DNA from: an uncultured Ktedonobacterales bacterium
GTDB lineage: Bacteria > Chloroflexota > Ktedonobacteria > Ktedonobacterales > JADMIN01
Length of the DNA stretch: 64,000 nt
Assembly: GCA_964427535.1 (NCBI GenBank)
Contig: CAYRVF010000006.1
Span: 3,945-67,944 of the forward strand
Direction of reading: 5' to 3'
The notes under the pieces were generated by a model. That model was not told the DNA's origin. It did not search any database and saw only the letters and a list, made by a program, of their open reading frames with translations. A program made the position numbers and the translations under genes. Below, piece by piece: positions 63,357 to 64,000 of the stretch; the stretch's first letter is position 1; each line of letters begins with the position of its first letter.

Positions 63357-64000
63357 TGGCCGCTGTCCTCCGTGCCCACGATATCGAGAAAGAGCTGTTC
63401 GAGCGAGGTCCGCCTGGGCGTCAACGCGTACATCCGCGCGCCGACGTCGATGGTCGCCCGCGCCACCAGCGGCACACGCGCCTCGTCGGTCACGATTTCG
63501 AGCGTCCGCGGCCACGAGTCTTCGCCGCAGCCATCGCGCGCGCCCTCGGGAGTGGTCGTCTCCTCCTCACCGTCGAGGAAGCGCCACTCCACCACATGTG
63601 GGGCGATGCCCTCTAGCAGCGCGGAGGTGACGCGATCGACGCGCAGCTCGTAGTGGCGATACTCGTCGCTCAACTCGTGCAACTCGAGCGTCCGCAACAC
63701 ACTGCCGTCCTTGATGAAGGCCACGCGGTCGCACGTCACCTCCACCTCGCTGAGCAGATGCGAGTTGAGGAAGACCGTCGTGCCTTGTGCCTTCACCTGC
63801 TGGATAACCGTGCGTACGAGCCGTCTACCGAAGGGGTCGAGCGCGGAGGTCGGCTCGTCGAAGAACACCAGCTCCGGGCTATGCAGTAGCGCCTGCGCCA
63901 GCCCGATCCGCTGTAGCATCCCCTTCGAGAAGCCCGCGAGCGGGCGGTTGACGGCGTCGCTCAGCCCGACCATCTCCAGCACCTCGGCGGTGCGCTTGCG
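63353..64000 (-). CDS. ABC transporter ATP-binding protein (5' end beyond the right window edge)
   Basis: The frame of ORF 63353..63982 stays open to position 64000. Signature FSKGMLQRIGLAQAL, Walker B LVFFDEPTSALD, H-loop FLNSHL. The Walker A region lies outside the window. Confidence 0.9.
   Translation of the reverse strand, partial: RKRTAEVLEMVGLSDAVNRPLAGFSKGMLQRIGLAQALLHSPELVFFDEPTSALDPFGRRLVRTVIQQVKAQGTTVFLNSHLLSEVEVTCDRVAFIKDGSVLRTLELHELSDEYRHYELRVDRVTSALLEGIAPHVVEWRFLDGEEETTTPEGARDGCGEDSWPRTLEIVTDEARVPLVARATIDVGARMYALTPRRTSLEQLFLDIVGTEDSGQ

Overview
High-GC, gene-dense bacterial chromosomal segment with strong GGAGG-type ribosome-binding sites. I support about 50 protein genes, one tRNA-Thr(CGU), and no rRNA, CRISPR array, intact IS or prophage. 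Gene content suggests Chloroflexota or a related high-GC lineage (inference only): F420-type deazaflavin oxidoreductases, an ECF41 sigma factor, SARP/STAND regulators, a Ser/Thr kinase, an RRM protein and C/G-rich palindromic intergenic repeats. Recognisable blocks are: ppc; nnr; a prolyl oligopeptidase; a marR-MFS pair; a four-gene thiol/persulfide-to-sulfate operon; an NmrA-like/DDN/ECF41 module; selD-rnc-tRNA-Thr; a LacI-controlled beta-glucoside ABC uptake plus GH1 locus; metC; a large PhoD-like phosphoesterase; and an ABC-2 exporter. Main second-look items: (1) selD is interrupted by an in-frame UGA at the catalytic Cys/Sec position, with SECIS-like hairpins downstream, so it is a predicted selenoprotein that the ORF track truncates. 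(2) A perfect 3 x 11-nt direct repeat lies 9 nt upstream of a -10-like hexamer. It sits between a 1187-aa SARP-STAND regulator gene and the sulfur operon, matching SARP-box architecture. (3) Three partial copies of tRNA 3' ends lie downstream of tRNA-Thr (two about 0.4 kb away, one 13 kb away), alongside a truncated ROK regulator, a possible IS remnant and a nonsense-mutated Uma2 gene. This suggests a decayed integration hotspot. (4) A family of CCCCTTCCC-loop-GGGAAGGGG hairpin repeats lies downstream of gene 3' ends. (5) A membrane protein is built from 15 consecutive hydrophobic G-x4 pentapeptide units. Many long ORFs in the track are antisense shadows typical of high-GC DNA and were rejected.
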